This document shows positions 50,964 to 60,655 of a stretch of DNA of 64,000 nucleotides, piece by piece. Numbering within the stretch: position 1 is the first letter of the stretch; each line of letters opens with the position of its first letter. Made by a program: the position numbers and the translations under genes. Source of the stretch: Alphaproteobacteria bacterium (GTDB taxonomy: Bacteria > Desulfobacterota > Binatia > UBA12015); the NCBI GenBank assembly GCA_017853315.1, contig JAFMJW010000003.1, positions 4,537 through 68,536 on the forward strand, in the 5' to 3' direction. The notes beneath the pieces were generated by a model. It saw only the letters and a program-made list of their open reading frames with translations, was not told the origin of the DNA and searched no databases.

Positions 50964-53741
50964 GTGGAGATGGAGCGCGAAGCAGCGAACGGGGCAGGCC
51001 GGCAGGCGGCGACGGTCGCACCGGCTCCGCCCCCGGTGCCGCTTCCGGACGTCGTCCCCGGAGGGCCGGCCGTGGACGTGGACGGGGAGGCCCGGCGCTT
51101 CCTCGCGGCGTCCCGCGAGGCGATCCGGGACTGGCACGCGCGCGGCGCGGGCGGAGTGGCCCTGGTCGAGAGGAACTCCGAGGACGTCGACCGGCTGGTG
51201 CGGTTCCTCTTCGATGCGGCGACCGCGCGGTACCGCGAGCGCTACGTGCAACTCGACCAGCGCTGCGCGGTGCTGTCGCAGGGCGGCTACGGCCGCCGCG
51301 AGATGAATCCGTTCTCGGACATCGACCTGCTCTTCCTCCACCCGCACAAGGTGACGCCCTACGTCGAGACGGTCACCGAGACGATCCTCTACCAGCTCTG
51401 GGATCTCCGCTTCGAGGTCGGCCACGCGGTGCGCAGCGTGCGCGAGTGCGTGGCGCTGGCAGCGACCGACTCGCAGATCAAGACGGCGCTGATCGACGCG
51501 CGCCCGGTCTGCGGCGACGAGCAGCTCTGGCTGGACTTCGAGGCCGCTCGCGAGCGCGACATCAAGCCGCGCGGCACGGCGAAGTACGTCCGCGAGAAGC
51601 TCGACGAAGCCGAGCGCCGCCACCAGCGCTACGGCGACTCGGTCTACCTGCTCGAGCCGCAGGTGAAGGAGGGCGCCGGCGGACTGCGCGATCTCCACAC
51701 GGCGATGTGGGTCGCGAAGATCACCTTCAAGGTCGAGAGTTCCCGGGAACTGTCCGTGAAGGGAGTCCTCTCCGACGCCGAGCTCGCGGAATTCGAGAGC
51801 GCGCGCGACTTCCTGCTCCGCGTCCGGAACTCCCTGCACTTCCTCGCGGGCGGGCACCAGGACCAGCTCGTCTTCGACCTGCAGGAGACGGTGGCCGAGG
51901 ACCTGGGCTACCGCTCCCGCCCGGGCGACCCGATGAAGGGCGTCGAGCGCTTCCTGAAGGACTACTACCTGCACGCCGCGGGGGTGACGCGGATCGCGCG
52001 CTCGATCGTCGAGCGGGCGACGAACCCGTCGCGGCCCTACCGCCTCCTCGGCAGGATGCTCGCGCGGACGGTGCGACCCGGCGTCCAGGTGATCGCCGGC
52101 CAGCTCGCGGTGACCCGCAGCGAGATCGTGCGCGAGGACCCGACCGAGCTCGTGCGCCTGTTCGCGACGGCGCAGGCCCACGACGTCCCGTTCTCGCCGC
52201 GGCTCGCGGACCTGGTGCGCACGGAGGCGGGCCTCCTCGACGACGGCGTTCGGGGCGATCCGCGCATCGCGGAGAACTTCCTCTCGATCCTGCGCGCCCC
52301 GGGCCGGGTGTACGAGACCCTGCACGAGATGCACCGCCTGGGCGTTCTGACCCGCGTGATCCCGGAGTGGGAGCACCTGCGCTGCCTCGTGCTCCACGAC
52401 CAGTACCACATCTACACGGTCGACGAGCATTCGCTCCGGGGGATCCGGGAGCTCGAGAGCCTTCGCGGCGGCGATCTGGCCGAGTCGTCGCCGCTGCTCA
52501 CCCAGGCGATGCGGGACGTCGACAAGGTCGAGCTGCTGTTCCTCGGCATGATCCTGCACGACAGCGGCAAGGGGCTCGGCGGCGGCCACTCGGAGAAGGG
52601 GGCGGTCATCGCCCGCGACGTCGCCGGGCGGCTCGGGCTGAACGAGGACGAGTCGCGCGAGCTCGAGTTCCTCGTGCGCCACCACCTCGTGATGTCCCAC
52701 CTCTCGCAGCGCCGCGACATCCACGACGACAAGCTCGTGGTCGACTTCGCCCGCCGGGTCGGAAGCCCCGAGGCTCTGAAGCGCCTCTACCTCCTCACCT
52801 ACGCCGACATGCGCGCGACCGGCCCGAAGGTCTGGAACAACTGGAAGGACATGCTCCTCGCGGAGGCGTACCTCCGGGTGCAGGAGGTGTTCGCCTGCGG
52901 CTTCGAGCCCGAGGACCGGGCGGCGCGGATCGCCCGCATCCGGGAGCGGGTCCCGGCGGAGGTCGGCGCCGCACGGGGAGACGACTCCGCTCTGGAGTGC
53001 GCGGAGTTCCTCGCGGCGATGCCGGACCACTACCTCCTCACCACGCCGGAGGCGGTGCTGCCCGCGCACGCGGAGATGATCCATCGCCTGCGGGGAGGGG
53101 AGGACCCGGTCACCTCGGTCGAGCACCGGCCGCAGAACGAGTTCAGCGAATTCACCGTGGTCACGCGCGACCGCCCGGGTCTCTTCGCCACGATCACCGG
53201 CGTGCTCGCGGCGAGCGGCATGAACATCGTCGCCGCGCGGATCGCGACCTCGGACGACGGCATCGTCGTCGACGCGTTCCGGGTCTCGCACCTCGAGCGG
53301 CGAGAGATCGCGCTCGACGACGAGCGCTGGCAGAGGGCACGCGACCTGCTGGACGACGTGCTGGCCGGCAAGCGCGATCTCGCGGGCATCCTCGCCCGGG
53401 CCGAGAAGCCGGGGATCCTCGATCGCCGCAAGGCGCGCCCGATGGCGGTGCAGGTCGTGGCCGACAACGAGGTGTCCGACGCCCACACGGTGCTGGAGAT
53501 CTACGCCCGGGACCGCGTCGGCCTGCTGCACCGGATCGCGACCGCGCTGCTCGCGCTCGGCCTCGACATCCACCTCGCGCTGATCACGACGAACGTCGAC
53601 CAGGTCCTCGACGTGTTCTACGTGAACGAGGCGGACGGCCGGAAGAGCTCGCGGCTCGACGAGATCCGCGCGGTCGTGACGGCAGCGCTCGAAGAACCGG
53701 GAGCCGACGAGGCGACGGCCCCCGCGACGGTTCCCGCGTGA
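50964..53741 (+). CDS. glnD: [Protein-PII] uridylyltransferase/uridylyl-removing enzyme
   Basis: 925 aa. The nucleotidyltransferase domain contains GGYGRREMNPFSDIDLLFLHP, the HD domain contains ILHDSGKG...HH, and there are two C-terminal ACT domains. Confidence 0.9.
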   Translation: MEMEREAANGAGRQAATVAPAPPPVPLPDVVPGGPAVDVDGEARRFLAASREAIRDWHARGAGGVALVERNSEDVDRLVRFLFDAATARYRERYVQLDQRCAVLSQGGYGRREMNPFSDIDLLFLHPHKVTPYVETVTETILYQLWDLRFEVGHAVRSVRECVALAATDSQIKTALIDARPVCGDEQLWLDFEAARERDIKPRGTAKYVREKLDEAERRHQRYGDSVYLLEPQVKEGAGGLRDLHTAMWVAKITFKVESSRELSVKGVLSDAELAEFESARDFLLRVRNSLHFLAGGHQDQLVFDLQETVAEDLGYRSRPGDPMKGVERFLKDYYLHAAGVTRIARSIVERATNPSRPYRLLGRMLARTVRPGVQVIAGQLAVTRSEIVREDPTELVRLFATAQAHDVPFSPRLADLVRTEAGLLDDGVRGDPRIAENFLSILRAPGRVYETLHEMHRLGVLTRVIPEWEHLRCLVLHDQYHIYTVDEHSLRGIRELESLRGGDLAESSPLLTQAMRDVDKVELLFLGMILHDSGKGLGGGHSEKGAVIARDVAGRLGLNEDESRELEFLVRHHLVMSHLSQRRDIHDDKLVVDFARRVGSPEALKRLYLLTYADMRATGPKVWNNWKDMLLAEAYLRVQEVFACGFEPEDRAARIARIRERVPAEVGAARGDDSALECAEFLAAMPDHYLLTTPEAVLPAHAEMIHRLRGGEDPVTSVEHRPQNEFSEFTVVTRDRPGLFATITGVLAASGMNIVAARIATSDDGIVVDAFRVSHLERREIALDDERWQRARDLLDDVLAGKRDLAGILARAEKPGILDRRKARPMAVQVVADNEVSDAHTVLEIYARDRVGLLHRIATALLALGLDIHLALITTNVDQVLDVFYVNEADGRKSSRLDEIRAVVTAALEEPGADEATAPATVPA

Positions 53742-54682
53742 GCGTCGCGACGACCATCGACCAGCTCGTCGACCGCCACCTGGCTCGGCTCCGCGGCGAG
53801 GTCGGCGTCTCGCCGCACACGGCGGCCGCCTACGGGGACGACCTCGCCCGCTTCGCGCGCTTCGCCGCGGAGTCCTTCGGCGTCACGGACGCCGCGCGGC
53901 TGTCGCGGGAGCTCGTGCTGGCGTTCCAGGCGGCGGAGGCCGCCCGGGGGATCGGGGCCCGCACGCAGGCGCGGCGGCTCTCCGCCCTGCGGGGCCTCTG
54001 CCGGTTCGCGGTCGCCGAAGGGGTCCTGCCGGAGAGCCCGCTCGCGGACCTACGCCAGCCGCGCCAGCCGAGGCGACTTCCGGGCACGCTCGGGGGCGGC
54101 GAGGTGGAGCGCCTGCTCGCGGCCTCCGACGCCGGACCGACCCCGCTGCGCGACCGGGCGCTGTTCGAGATGCTCTACGGGGCCGGGGTCCGCGTGAGCG
54201 AGGCGATCGGCCTCACCGTCGACCTGTTCCTCGCCCGGGAGCGGGCGATCCGCGTTCGCGGCAAGGGCGACAAGGAGCGGATCGTGCCGCTCGGGCGGCC
54301 GGCCTGCGCCGCCCTGGTCCGCTACCTCGAGGGCGAGCGGCCGAGGCTGCTGCGGGATTCGCGCCGCCGCGAGGTGTTCCTGTCGGCCCGCGGCACCCGG
54401 CTCACCCGGCAGGCGGTCTTCGCGCTGGTCCGGCGGGTCGCGGCCCGGGCGGGGCTCGACGCTCCCCTCTCGCCGCACGGTCTCCGGCACGCGTTCGCGA
54501 CCCACCTGGTCGAGCGGGGCGCGGACCTCCGGGTCGTGCAGTCGCTGCTCGGGCATGCGAGCATCGCCACGACGGAGGTCTACACGCACGTGAGTCGCGC
54601 CCACCTGAGTCGGATCCACGCCGCCCACCACCCGCGGGAGCGGAGCCGCCGCGCCGCGGCGTCGAGGAGGCCGCGCGCGTGA
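53738..54682 (+). CDS. xerD: Tyrosine site-specific recombinase, XerC/XerD family (XerD-like)
   Basis: The GTG at 53738 overlaps the glnD stop. The catalytic region HGLRHAFATHLVERGADLRVVQSLLGHASIATTEVYTHV (R..H..R..H..Y) is closest to XerD. The C/D assignment is tentative. Confidence 0.8.
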   Translation: MSVATTIDQLVDRHLARLRGEVGVSPHTAAAYGDDLARFARFAAESFGVTDAARLSRELVLAFQAAEAARGIGARTQARRLSALRGLCRFAVAEGVLPESPLADLRQPRQPRRLPGTLGGGEVERLLAASDAGPTPLRDRALFEMLYGAGVRVSEAIGLTVDLFLARERAIRVRGKGDKERIVPLGRPACAALVRYLEGERPRLLRDSRRREVFLSARGTRLTRQAVFALVRRVAARAGLDAPLSPHGLRHAFATHLVERGADLRVVQSLLGHASIATTEVYTHVSRAHLSRIHAAHHPRERSRRAAASRRPRA

Positions 54683-55704
54683 GCGCCGGGCAGCCCGGGC
54701 GCCCGGGCGTGGTCGTGAGCGGCATGCGCCCCACGGGGCGGCTGCACCTCGGCCACCTGCTCGGCACGCTCCGCAACTGGGTCGCGCTGCAGGCCGACCA
54801 CCGATGCCACTTCTTCGTCGCCGACTGGCACGTGCTCACGACCGACTACGAGAAGCCCCGCGACGTGGGCGGATTCGCCGAGGAGATGGTGCTGGACTGG
54901 CTCGCCGCGGGGATCGACCCCGAGCGCTCGATCGTGTTCCGGCAGTCGGCGATCGCCGAGCACGCGGAGCTGGCGCTGCTCTTCGGGATGTTCACGCCGG
55001 TGCCGTGGCTCGAGCGCAACCCGACCTACAAGGAACAGCGCGAACAGCTCGTCGACCGCGACCTCTCGACCTACGGTTTCCTCGGCTACCCGGTCCTGCA
55101 GGCGGCGGACATCCTGCTCTACAAGGCGAACGGCGTCCCGGTCGGCGTGGACCAGGCGCCGCACGTCGAGCTCACGCGGGAGATCGCCCGGCGCTTCAAC
55201 CATCTCTACGGCGAGACCTTTCCCGAGCCGCAGGCGTTGCTGTCACCGGTGTCGAAGGTTCCGGGCACCGACGGCCGCAAGATGAGCAAGAGTTACGGCA
55301 ACGCGATCCAGCTCGACGAGGATCCCGGCCAGATCGAGGCGCGCCTCGGCCGGATGGCGACCGATCCGCGCCGTGCGCGCCGGACCGACCCGGGGGACCC
55401 GGCCGACTGCCCCGCTCATGCGCTCCACCGCGTCTACGACACCCCCGACGAACTCGAGTGGGTCGACCGCGGCTGCAAGACGGCCGGGATCGGTTGCCTC
55501 GAGTGCAAGAAGGTGATGATCCGCCACGTGGTCGAGGATCTCGAGCCCTTCCGCGAGAAGCGGCGGGAGCTCGCGGCGCGGCCGGGCTGGGTGCGCGAAG
55601 TGATCGAGGACGGAACGTCGAAGGCGCGCGCGATCGCGCGCACGACCATGGCGGAGGTGCGGTCGGCGATCGGCTTCGCCGTGCCCGGCGGAGGGGACTC
55701 GTGA
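54679..55704 (+). CDS. trpS: Tryptophanyl-tRNA synthetase (class I)
   Basis: HIGH-type motif GRLHLGHLLGTL and KMSKS motif GRKMSKSYGN. Confidence 0.95.
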   Translation: MSAGQPGRPGVVVSGMRPTGRLHLGHLLGTLRNWVALQADHRCHFFVADWHVLTTDYEKPRDVGGFAEEMVLDWLAAGIDPERSIVFRQSAIAEHAELALLFGMFTPVPWLERNPTYKEQREQLVDRDLSTYGFLGYPVLQAADILLYKANGVPVGVDQAPHVELTREIARRFNHLYGETFPEPQALLSPVSKVPGTDGRKMSKSYGNAIQLDEDPGQIEARLGRMATDPRRARRTDPGDPADCPAHALHRVYDTPDELEWVDRGCKTAGIGCLECKKVMIRHVVEDLEPFREKRRELAARPGWVREVIEDGTSKARAIARTTMAEVRSAIGFAVPGGGDS

Positions 55705-56483
55705 GCTCGGGCCAGGGCGACGCCTGGACGGTCCGCCTCGACGCCTTCGAGGGACCGCTCGACCTGCTGCTCCACCTGATCAAGAAGCACGAGGTCGACG
55801 TCCACGAGATCCGCATCGCGGAGATCACCGACCGCTACCTCGAGTACCTGCGTGCGGCGGCCGACCTCGACCTCGACGTCGCGGGCGAGTTCCTCGTCAT
55901 GGCCGCGACGCTGATCTACCTGAAGTCGAGGGCCCTGCTGCCGCCCGAGGAGCGGGAGGAGCTGGAGGAAGAGGAGCCGCTGGACCCCGAGGCCGAGCTC
56001 GTCCGCCAGCTGATCGAGCACGCCCGCTTCAAGGAAGTCGCGAGCGCGCTCGCCGTGCGCCCGGTCCTCGGCCGCGACGTGTTCGCGCGCCCGGTCGCCG
56101 AGCCGACTCCCGGCGAGCACGTGGTCCCGCTGCGGCCGGTCACGGCCGGCGAGCTCCTCTCGGCGCTCGAGAAGCTGCTCGCCCGACGGGCGACGACCGC
56201 CGTCCACCGGGTGCAGGGCGAGAAGCTCGACATCCGCGACGGGCTGCGCATGGTGCTCGCGTACCTGCGGCTCGTGCCGCGCGCGCGCTTCGACGACCTG
56301 TTTCCCGAGGAGGCCTCGCGGATGCAGATCGTCGTGATCTTCATCGCGCTGCTCGAACTCGTGAAGAACGGGGCCGTCGCCGCGGCGCAGGACGCGACCT
56401 GCGGCGCCATCGAGATCGCGCTGGTCCACGACGTGGACCCCGAGAAGCTGCTGGAAGCCGCGGCGGGGGAGGGGACGCCTTGA
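55701..56483 (+). CDS. scpA: Segregation and condensation protein A
   Basis: The GTG at 55701 overlaps the trpS stop. FEGPLDLLLHLIKKHEVDVHEIRIAEITDRYLEYL and MAATLIYLKSRALLP. Confidence 0.85.
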   Translation: MSSGQGDAWTVRLDAFEGPLDLLLHLIKKHEVDVHEIRIAEITDRYLEYLRAAADLDLDVAGEFLVMAATLIYLKSRALLPPEEREELEEEEPLDPEAELVRQLIEHARFKEVASALAVRPVLGRDVFARPVAEPTPGEHVVPLRPVTAGELLSALEKLLARRATTAVHRVQGEKLDIRDGLRMVLAYLRLVPRARFDDLFPEEASRMQIVVIFIALLELVKNGAVAAAQDATCGAIEIALVHDVDPEKLLEAAAGEGTP

Positions 56484-57253
56484 GCGCGCAGGACGAAGAG
56501 CCGGTCGGCGAAGAAGAAGGAGTCGAGGCGCAGGGGGAAGCGATCGAGGGGGCCCCGCCGCTCGAGACCATCCTCGAGGCGGTCCTGTTCGCGTCGGCCG
56601 AGCCGATCCAGACGCTGCGCCTGGTGCGGCTCTTCCATGCCTGGCCGCGCGGCGCCGTGTCCGAGGCGCTCGGCGCGCTCGCGCGCCGTCTCGCCGAGGA
56701 CGGGCGGGGACTTCGGCTGCTCGAGAGCGCGGGCGGCTGGCAGCTGCGCTCGGCGCCCGAGTGCGCGGCCTGGGTGCGGCGGTTCTTCACCGACAAGCCG
56801 CCGCGGCTTTCGCGCGCGATGCTCGAGACGGTCGCGGTGATCGCCTACCGGCAGCCGGTGACCCGCGGCGAGATCGAGGCGGTGCGCGGCGTGAACTGCG
56901 ACGCGGTTCTGAACGCACTGCTCGCGCGCTCGCTCGTGCGCGTGTGCGGCCGCAGGCCGACGCCGGGGCGGCCGGTCGAGTACGGCACGACCGAGGAGTT
57001 CCTCGATCTCTTCAGCCTGCGCGACCTGACCGAGCTGCCGCCGCTGCCCGACCCGATGGCGCTGGCCGAGCTCGTCGAGGCGGCCGAGGAATCCGGGGAG
57101 GAGGCCGGCGACGATGGCGGAGAAGACGGAGAGGCTGCAGAAGCTGCTGAGCCAGTCGGGGATCGCCTCGCGCAGGGCGGCGGAGGACCTGATCCGGGAG
57201 GGGCGGGTCCAGGTGAACGGGAAGACGGTCCGGGAGCTGGGGACGAAGGCTGA
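56480..57253 (+). CDS. scpB: Segregation and condensation protein B
   Basis: LEAVLFASAEPI...YRQPVTRGEIEAVRGVNCDAVLNALLARSLVRV...GRPVEYGTTEEFLDLFSLRDLTELP, with an acidic Gly-rich tail. The TTG start overlaps the scpA stop. Confidence 0.85.
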   Translation: MSAQDEEPVGEEEGVEAQGEAIEGAPPLETILEAVLFASAEPIQTLRLVRLFHAWPRGAVSEALGALARRLAEDGRGLRLLESAGGWQLRSAPECAAWVRRFFTDKPPRLSRAMLETVAVIAYRQPVTRGEIEAVRGVNCDAVLNALLARSLVRVCGRRPTPGRPVEYGTTEEFLDLFSLRDLTELPPLPDPMALAELVEAAEESGEEAGDDGGEDGEAAEAAEPVGDRLAQGGGGPDPGGAGPGEREDGPGAGDEG

Positions 57254-57911
57254 CCCGACCCGCGACCGCGTCACGATCGACGGCCGCCCGGTGCGGCCGG
57301 GGCGACTCCGCTACCTCGCCTTCCACAAGCCCGTCGGCATGGTCTGCTCGATGGCCGATCCCGAGGGACGGCCCTCGATCGGCGACGTGGTGCGCGAGAT
57401 GCGCGAGCACGTCTTCCCGGTGGGGCGGCTCGACTGGGAGTCGAGCGGGCTCGTGCTGCTGACCAACGACGGGGACCTGGCGCAGCGTCTCACCCACCCG
57501 CGCTACGGCGTCGAGAAGGTGTACCGCGTGAAGGTGCGTGGTCTTCCCGACGAGGAGGCGCTCGCTCGCCTGCGGCGCGGGGTGCGCCTCGCCGACGGCC
57601 CGACCGCGCCGGCGGAGGTGGTCGTCGAGCGACGGCTCGACCGCAAGATGCGGCTCCGCATCACGGTGCGCGAGGGGCGCAACCGGCTCGTGCGCCGCAT
57701 GTGCGAGGCGATCGGGACCCCGGTCGACCGGCTCTCTCGGGAGGCGATCGGGACGCTGCGCCTCGGCTCGCTGCGCGCGGGGGAAGTCCGCGAGTTGACC
57801 GACGGCGAGGTCCTGGCGCTGCGGCGGGCGACCCGGCTGGAGCGCGCGCGAAGCGCGCGACCGGTCGCGGGCGAGGCGGCGAGCCCGCAGCGCCGCAGGG
57901 CGCGCGCCTAG
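57114..57911 (+). CDS. rluB: 23S rRNA pseudouridine synthase (RsuA/RluB family)
   Basis: S4 domain RLQKLLSQSGIASRRAAEDLIREGRVQVNG and catalytic GRLDWESSGLVLLTNDGDL. The start at 57114 overlaps the scpB 3' end by 140 nt in another frame. Confidence 0.85.
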   Translation: MAEKTERLQKLLSQSGIASRRAAEDLIREGRVQVNGKTVRELGTKADPTRDRVTIDGRPVRPGRLRYLAFHKPVGMVCSMADPEGRPSIGDVVREMREHVFPVGRLDWESSGLVLLTNDGDLAQRLTHPRYGVEKVYRVKVRGLPDEEALARLRRGVRLADGPTAPAEVVVERRLDRKMRLRITVREGRNRLVRRMCEAIGTPVDRLSREAIGTLRLGSLRAGEVRELTDGEVLALRRATRLERARSARPVAGEAASPQRRRARA

Positions 57912-59425
57912 AGCGTCGTCGCCCGCATCTGGTCGTAGAGTTCCCGCCAGCGCGCGTAGTGCGCGTCCCACGCGTCGCGCGCGCGATCGTCGGGAGGCAG
58001 CGGGCGCAGCCGCACCATCGCGTCGGCCGCGGCGGAGATCGACGGGTGGAGGCCCGCGCCCGCGGCCGCGAGCACCGCGGCCCCCAGCGCGGTCGCGTTG
58101 GGCTCCTCGGAGACCAGGATCGGGCGGTGGAGGATGCGCGCGAAGGCCGCGAGCAGCCCGGGGCTCCGCGTCATCCCGCCCGAGATCGTGAGCGACTCGA
58201 CCGGAGCGCCGAGGAGCGACTCGACCTGCTCGAGGTTCGCCCGCACCGCGCACACGACGTTCTCCTGGAAGGAGCGCAGCAGCGTCGCGCGGCCCGGCCG
58301 CGGCGTGAACGGCGGCATGCGGAGCAGGAAACCGAAGGCCTGGTTCGGGTTGAAGGACAACAGGTCGAAGACCTGCGGGCCGACCACCCCGAACGCCGGC
58401 TGCGGGTCGCCGGGCAGGAGCGCGATCTCGGCCTCGGCGGTCTCGAACGCCGACGGGTCGCGCAGTCCCACGAGCTCGAGCAGCCACTCCCAGGTGATGC
58501 CGGTGTCGCCCGAGTTGCTCTCGAGGGTGAAGCGCCCGGGCAGGACGTGGCAGCCGCTCCAGAGTCGCCCGGCGGGGTCGATCGTGGGCTCGGCGAGGAC
58601 GCTCATGACGGGCGTCGTCGTGCCCAGCACCGCACCCGCCCGGCCCGGGGCGACGACGTCCGACCCGAGCAGCGCGCACTGGGTGTCGCCGCCGCCGGCG
58701 AAGACCGGCGTGCCCTCGCGAAGGCCGGTGGTCCGGGCCGCGGCGGCGGTCACCCGGCCGACCCGGGTCGCGGGCTCGACGATCGGCGGCAGGAGGCTCG
58801 GGTCGACCTCGAAGGCGGCCTGCACCTCGCGGCTCCAGGCGCGCGTCGGGAAGTCGAGCAGCATCGTCTCGCAGGCGTTCGAGGGCTCGGAGAAGAGTTC
58901 GCCCGAGAGGCGCCAGCCGATCCAGTCGCTGAGCGTCAGCATCTTCGCGACCGGCGGGGTGCCGTCGCGCGCGCGGTGGACGAGGAGGCGGGCGAGGCTC
59001 GAGACGAAGGGCGGCCAGTGTCCGCCGATCGCGACCGCGCGATCGAGCCCGAGCGTCCCCATGATCTTCATCGCGCCGTCGAAGCCGCGGCCGTCCATGT
59101 TGGGGCCGGCGTAGATTTCGCGCCCTCGCTCGTCGAGGAACACGCTGCCGAGTCGCTGCGCCGTGGCGGAGACGCCGACGATCGCCTCGGCGGGAATCCC
59201 CGCGGCCGCGAGCGCCGCTCGCGTGCAGCGCCCCAGCGCCTCCCAGAAGGCTTCCGGGTCGAAGGAGTAGCCGCGCGTGAACCCCGGGGGGTCGACCGGC
59301 TCCTCGCGGTAGCCCCAGGGCTCCCGCGCGACGGCCAGGCAGCGGCCGGTCGCGTCGACCAGCATGCACTTCCCGCCGCCGGTGCCGAAGTCGAGTGCGG
59401 CGAGGACGGGGCCGGAAGCGGTCAC
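57908..59425 (-). CDS. FGGY-family carbohydrate kinase (xylulokinase/LsrK/fuculokinase-like; substrate unknown)
   Basis: 505 aa. N-terminal LAALDFGTGGGKCMLVD (the FGGY ATPase motif) and C-terminal SGGMTRSPGLLAAFARILHRPI. Confidence 0.85.
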   Translation of the reverse strand: MTASGPVLAALDFGTGGGKCMLVDATGRCLAVAREPWGYREEPVDPPGFTRGYSFDPEAFWEALGRCTRAALAAAGIPAEAIVGVSATAQRLGSVFLDERGREIYAGPNMDGRGFDGAMKIMGTLGLDRAVAIGGHWPPFVSSLARLLVHRARDGTPPVAKMLTLSDWIGWRLSGELFSEPSNACETMLLDFPTRAWSREVQAAFEVDPSLLPPIVEPATRVGRVTAAAARTTGLREGTPVFAGGGDTQCALLGSDVVAPGRAGAVLGTTTPVMSVLAEPTIDPAGRLWSGCHVLPGRFTLESNSGDTGITWEWLLELVGLRDPSAFETAEAEIALLPGDPQPAFGVVGPQVFDLLSFNPNQAFGFLLRMPPFTPRPGRATLLRSFQENVVCAVRANLEQVESLLGAPVESLTISGGMTRSPGLLAAFARILHRPILVSEEPNATALGAAVLAAAGAGLHPSISAAADAMVRLRPLPPDDRARDAWDAHYARWRELYDQMRATTL

Positions 59426-59465
59426 CCGCGGGTTGTCCGCGATCGCCGCACGCAGTGCAAGCGCC

Positions 59466-60602
59466 TCACGGAGAAGGGACGGGGACGCCCGAGGCCCGCA
59501 ACATGCCGCGGAAGAACGCGAGGCTCACGAGGAAGGGCACGGCGTAGTACGCGAACCGGAAGATCAGCACCGCGACCACCGCGGTCTCGAGCGGGATCCC
59601 GAGCGTCACGAAGACCCCGGTCATCGAGCCCTCGAGGATGCCGATCCCCCCCGGCGCCAGCGACACCAGCGACGCGAGCATGCCGATCGCGAAGCCCACC
59701 GCGACCTCGCCGAAGGGCAGCGACCGCCCCGCGCACCAGAACGAGGCCTTGAGCACGCCGAGCGTCGCGAGCCAGTCGAGCACGATCCAGCCGGCGGGGC
59801 CGAGCATCGAGCGCCAGCGCGACAGCATGAAGTCGAGCCCGGAGTTCACGTTGTGGGCCACCCGCCAGAGGTGGATCCGTCGCGGAAGGCGGTGGCTCGG
59901 CAGGAAGCGCCGCGCGAGCCGGTGGCCCGCCACGACCGAGCGGACGAGGAAGCGCCGCCGGGCCTGCGGCCGGACCAGGAGCACGAGGCAGAGGACGGTG
60001 AGGAGCACGAAGGCTCCGAGCATCGTCGCGGCCGTCGCCAGCGCTGCCGTGCCGAGCGAGGCATGGGCGATCAGGAAGTAGAAGCCCATCGCGAGGAAGA
60101 CGAGCAGCGTCAGGTTCGTCAGCAGTCCCTGGACGAAGGAGATCGTGACCGCGTTCCCCATGGGGATTCCGTGCTGGGTGAAGAAGTACATGCGGAACGC
60201 GAAGCCGGAGAGGCCGCCCGTCGCGACGAGGTAGTTCACGGTGTTCGAAACGAAGGTGATTCGCAGCATCGGCCAGAGCCCGATCGGGGTGCCGGCCGCT
60301 CGCGCGATGCCCTCGTAGGAGAGCGCCATGAGGACGTAGGAGAGGAGCGTCAGGCCGATCGGGAGGAGCAGGCGCAGCCACGACACGTTGCGGGCGGCCT
60401 CGAGCAGGGCCTTGCCGTCGCTGTAGAAGAACATGAGCCCCAGCGCCGCGAGCGCGAAGAAGGCGGCGAGCAGGGCGAGGCTGCGGCTCGGGCGGGTCGA
60501 GATGCCGGACTCGGGCACCAGCTCGGCTCCCTCGTCGGGGGCCAGGGGCGGCGCGGTGCGGGTGGTCGGTCCCCCGCCCCAGGATTCGGGGGTCGGTCTC
60601 AT
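59466..60602 (-). CDS. Integral membrane protein with an MprF/lysyl-phosphatidylglycerol-synthase TM-region-like (flippase-like, PF03706-type) fold
   Basis: Corresponds to the 3' ~379 codons of - ORF 59466..61523, starting at ATG (complement of 60600..60602). It has multiple TM helices and a C-terminal LAPGGIGILEGSMTGVFVTLGIPLETAVVAVLIFRFAYYAVPFLVSL motif. The upstream part of that ORF overlaps the DSD1 gene and was rejected. Confidence 0.65.
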   Translation of the reverse strand: MRPTPESWGGGPTTRTAPPLAPDEGAELVPESGISTRPSRSLALLAAFFALAALGLMFFYSDGKALLEAARNVSWLRLLLPIGLTLLSYVLMALSYEGIARAAGTPIGLWPMLRITFVSNTVNYLVATGGLSGFAFRMYFFTQHGIPMGNAVTISFVQGLLTNLTLLVFLAMGFYFLIAHASLGTAALATAATMLGAFVLLTVLCLVLLVRPQARRRFLVRSVVAGHRLARRFLPSHRLPRRIHLWRVAHNVNSGLDFMLSRWRSMLGPAGWIVLDWLATLGVLKASFWCAGRSLPFGEVAVGFAIGMLASLVSLAPGGIGILEGSMTGVFVTLGIPLETAVVAVLIFRFAYYAVPFLVSLAFFRGMLRASGVPVPSP

Positions 60603-60655
60603 CTCGGGCGGTATCGCGGCCGGGCGGACGCGACCCCCGGACCCTAGCACGGGGC

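Noticed and set aside
53738-54682. Tyrosine recombinase as a marker of a mobile element or integrated island
   Set aside because: The sequence is XerC/D-like and is flanked on both sides by core housekeeping genes (glnD, trpS) with overlapping stops and starts. No att-like direct repeats, tRNA or cargo genes are evident. It is interpreted as the chromosomal dimer-resolution recombinase.
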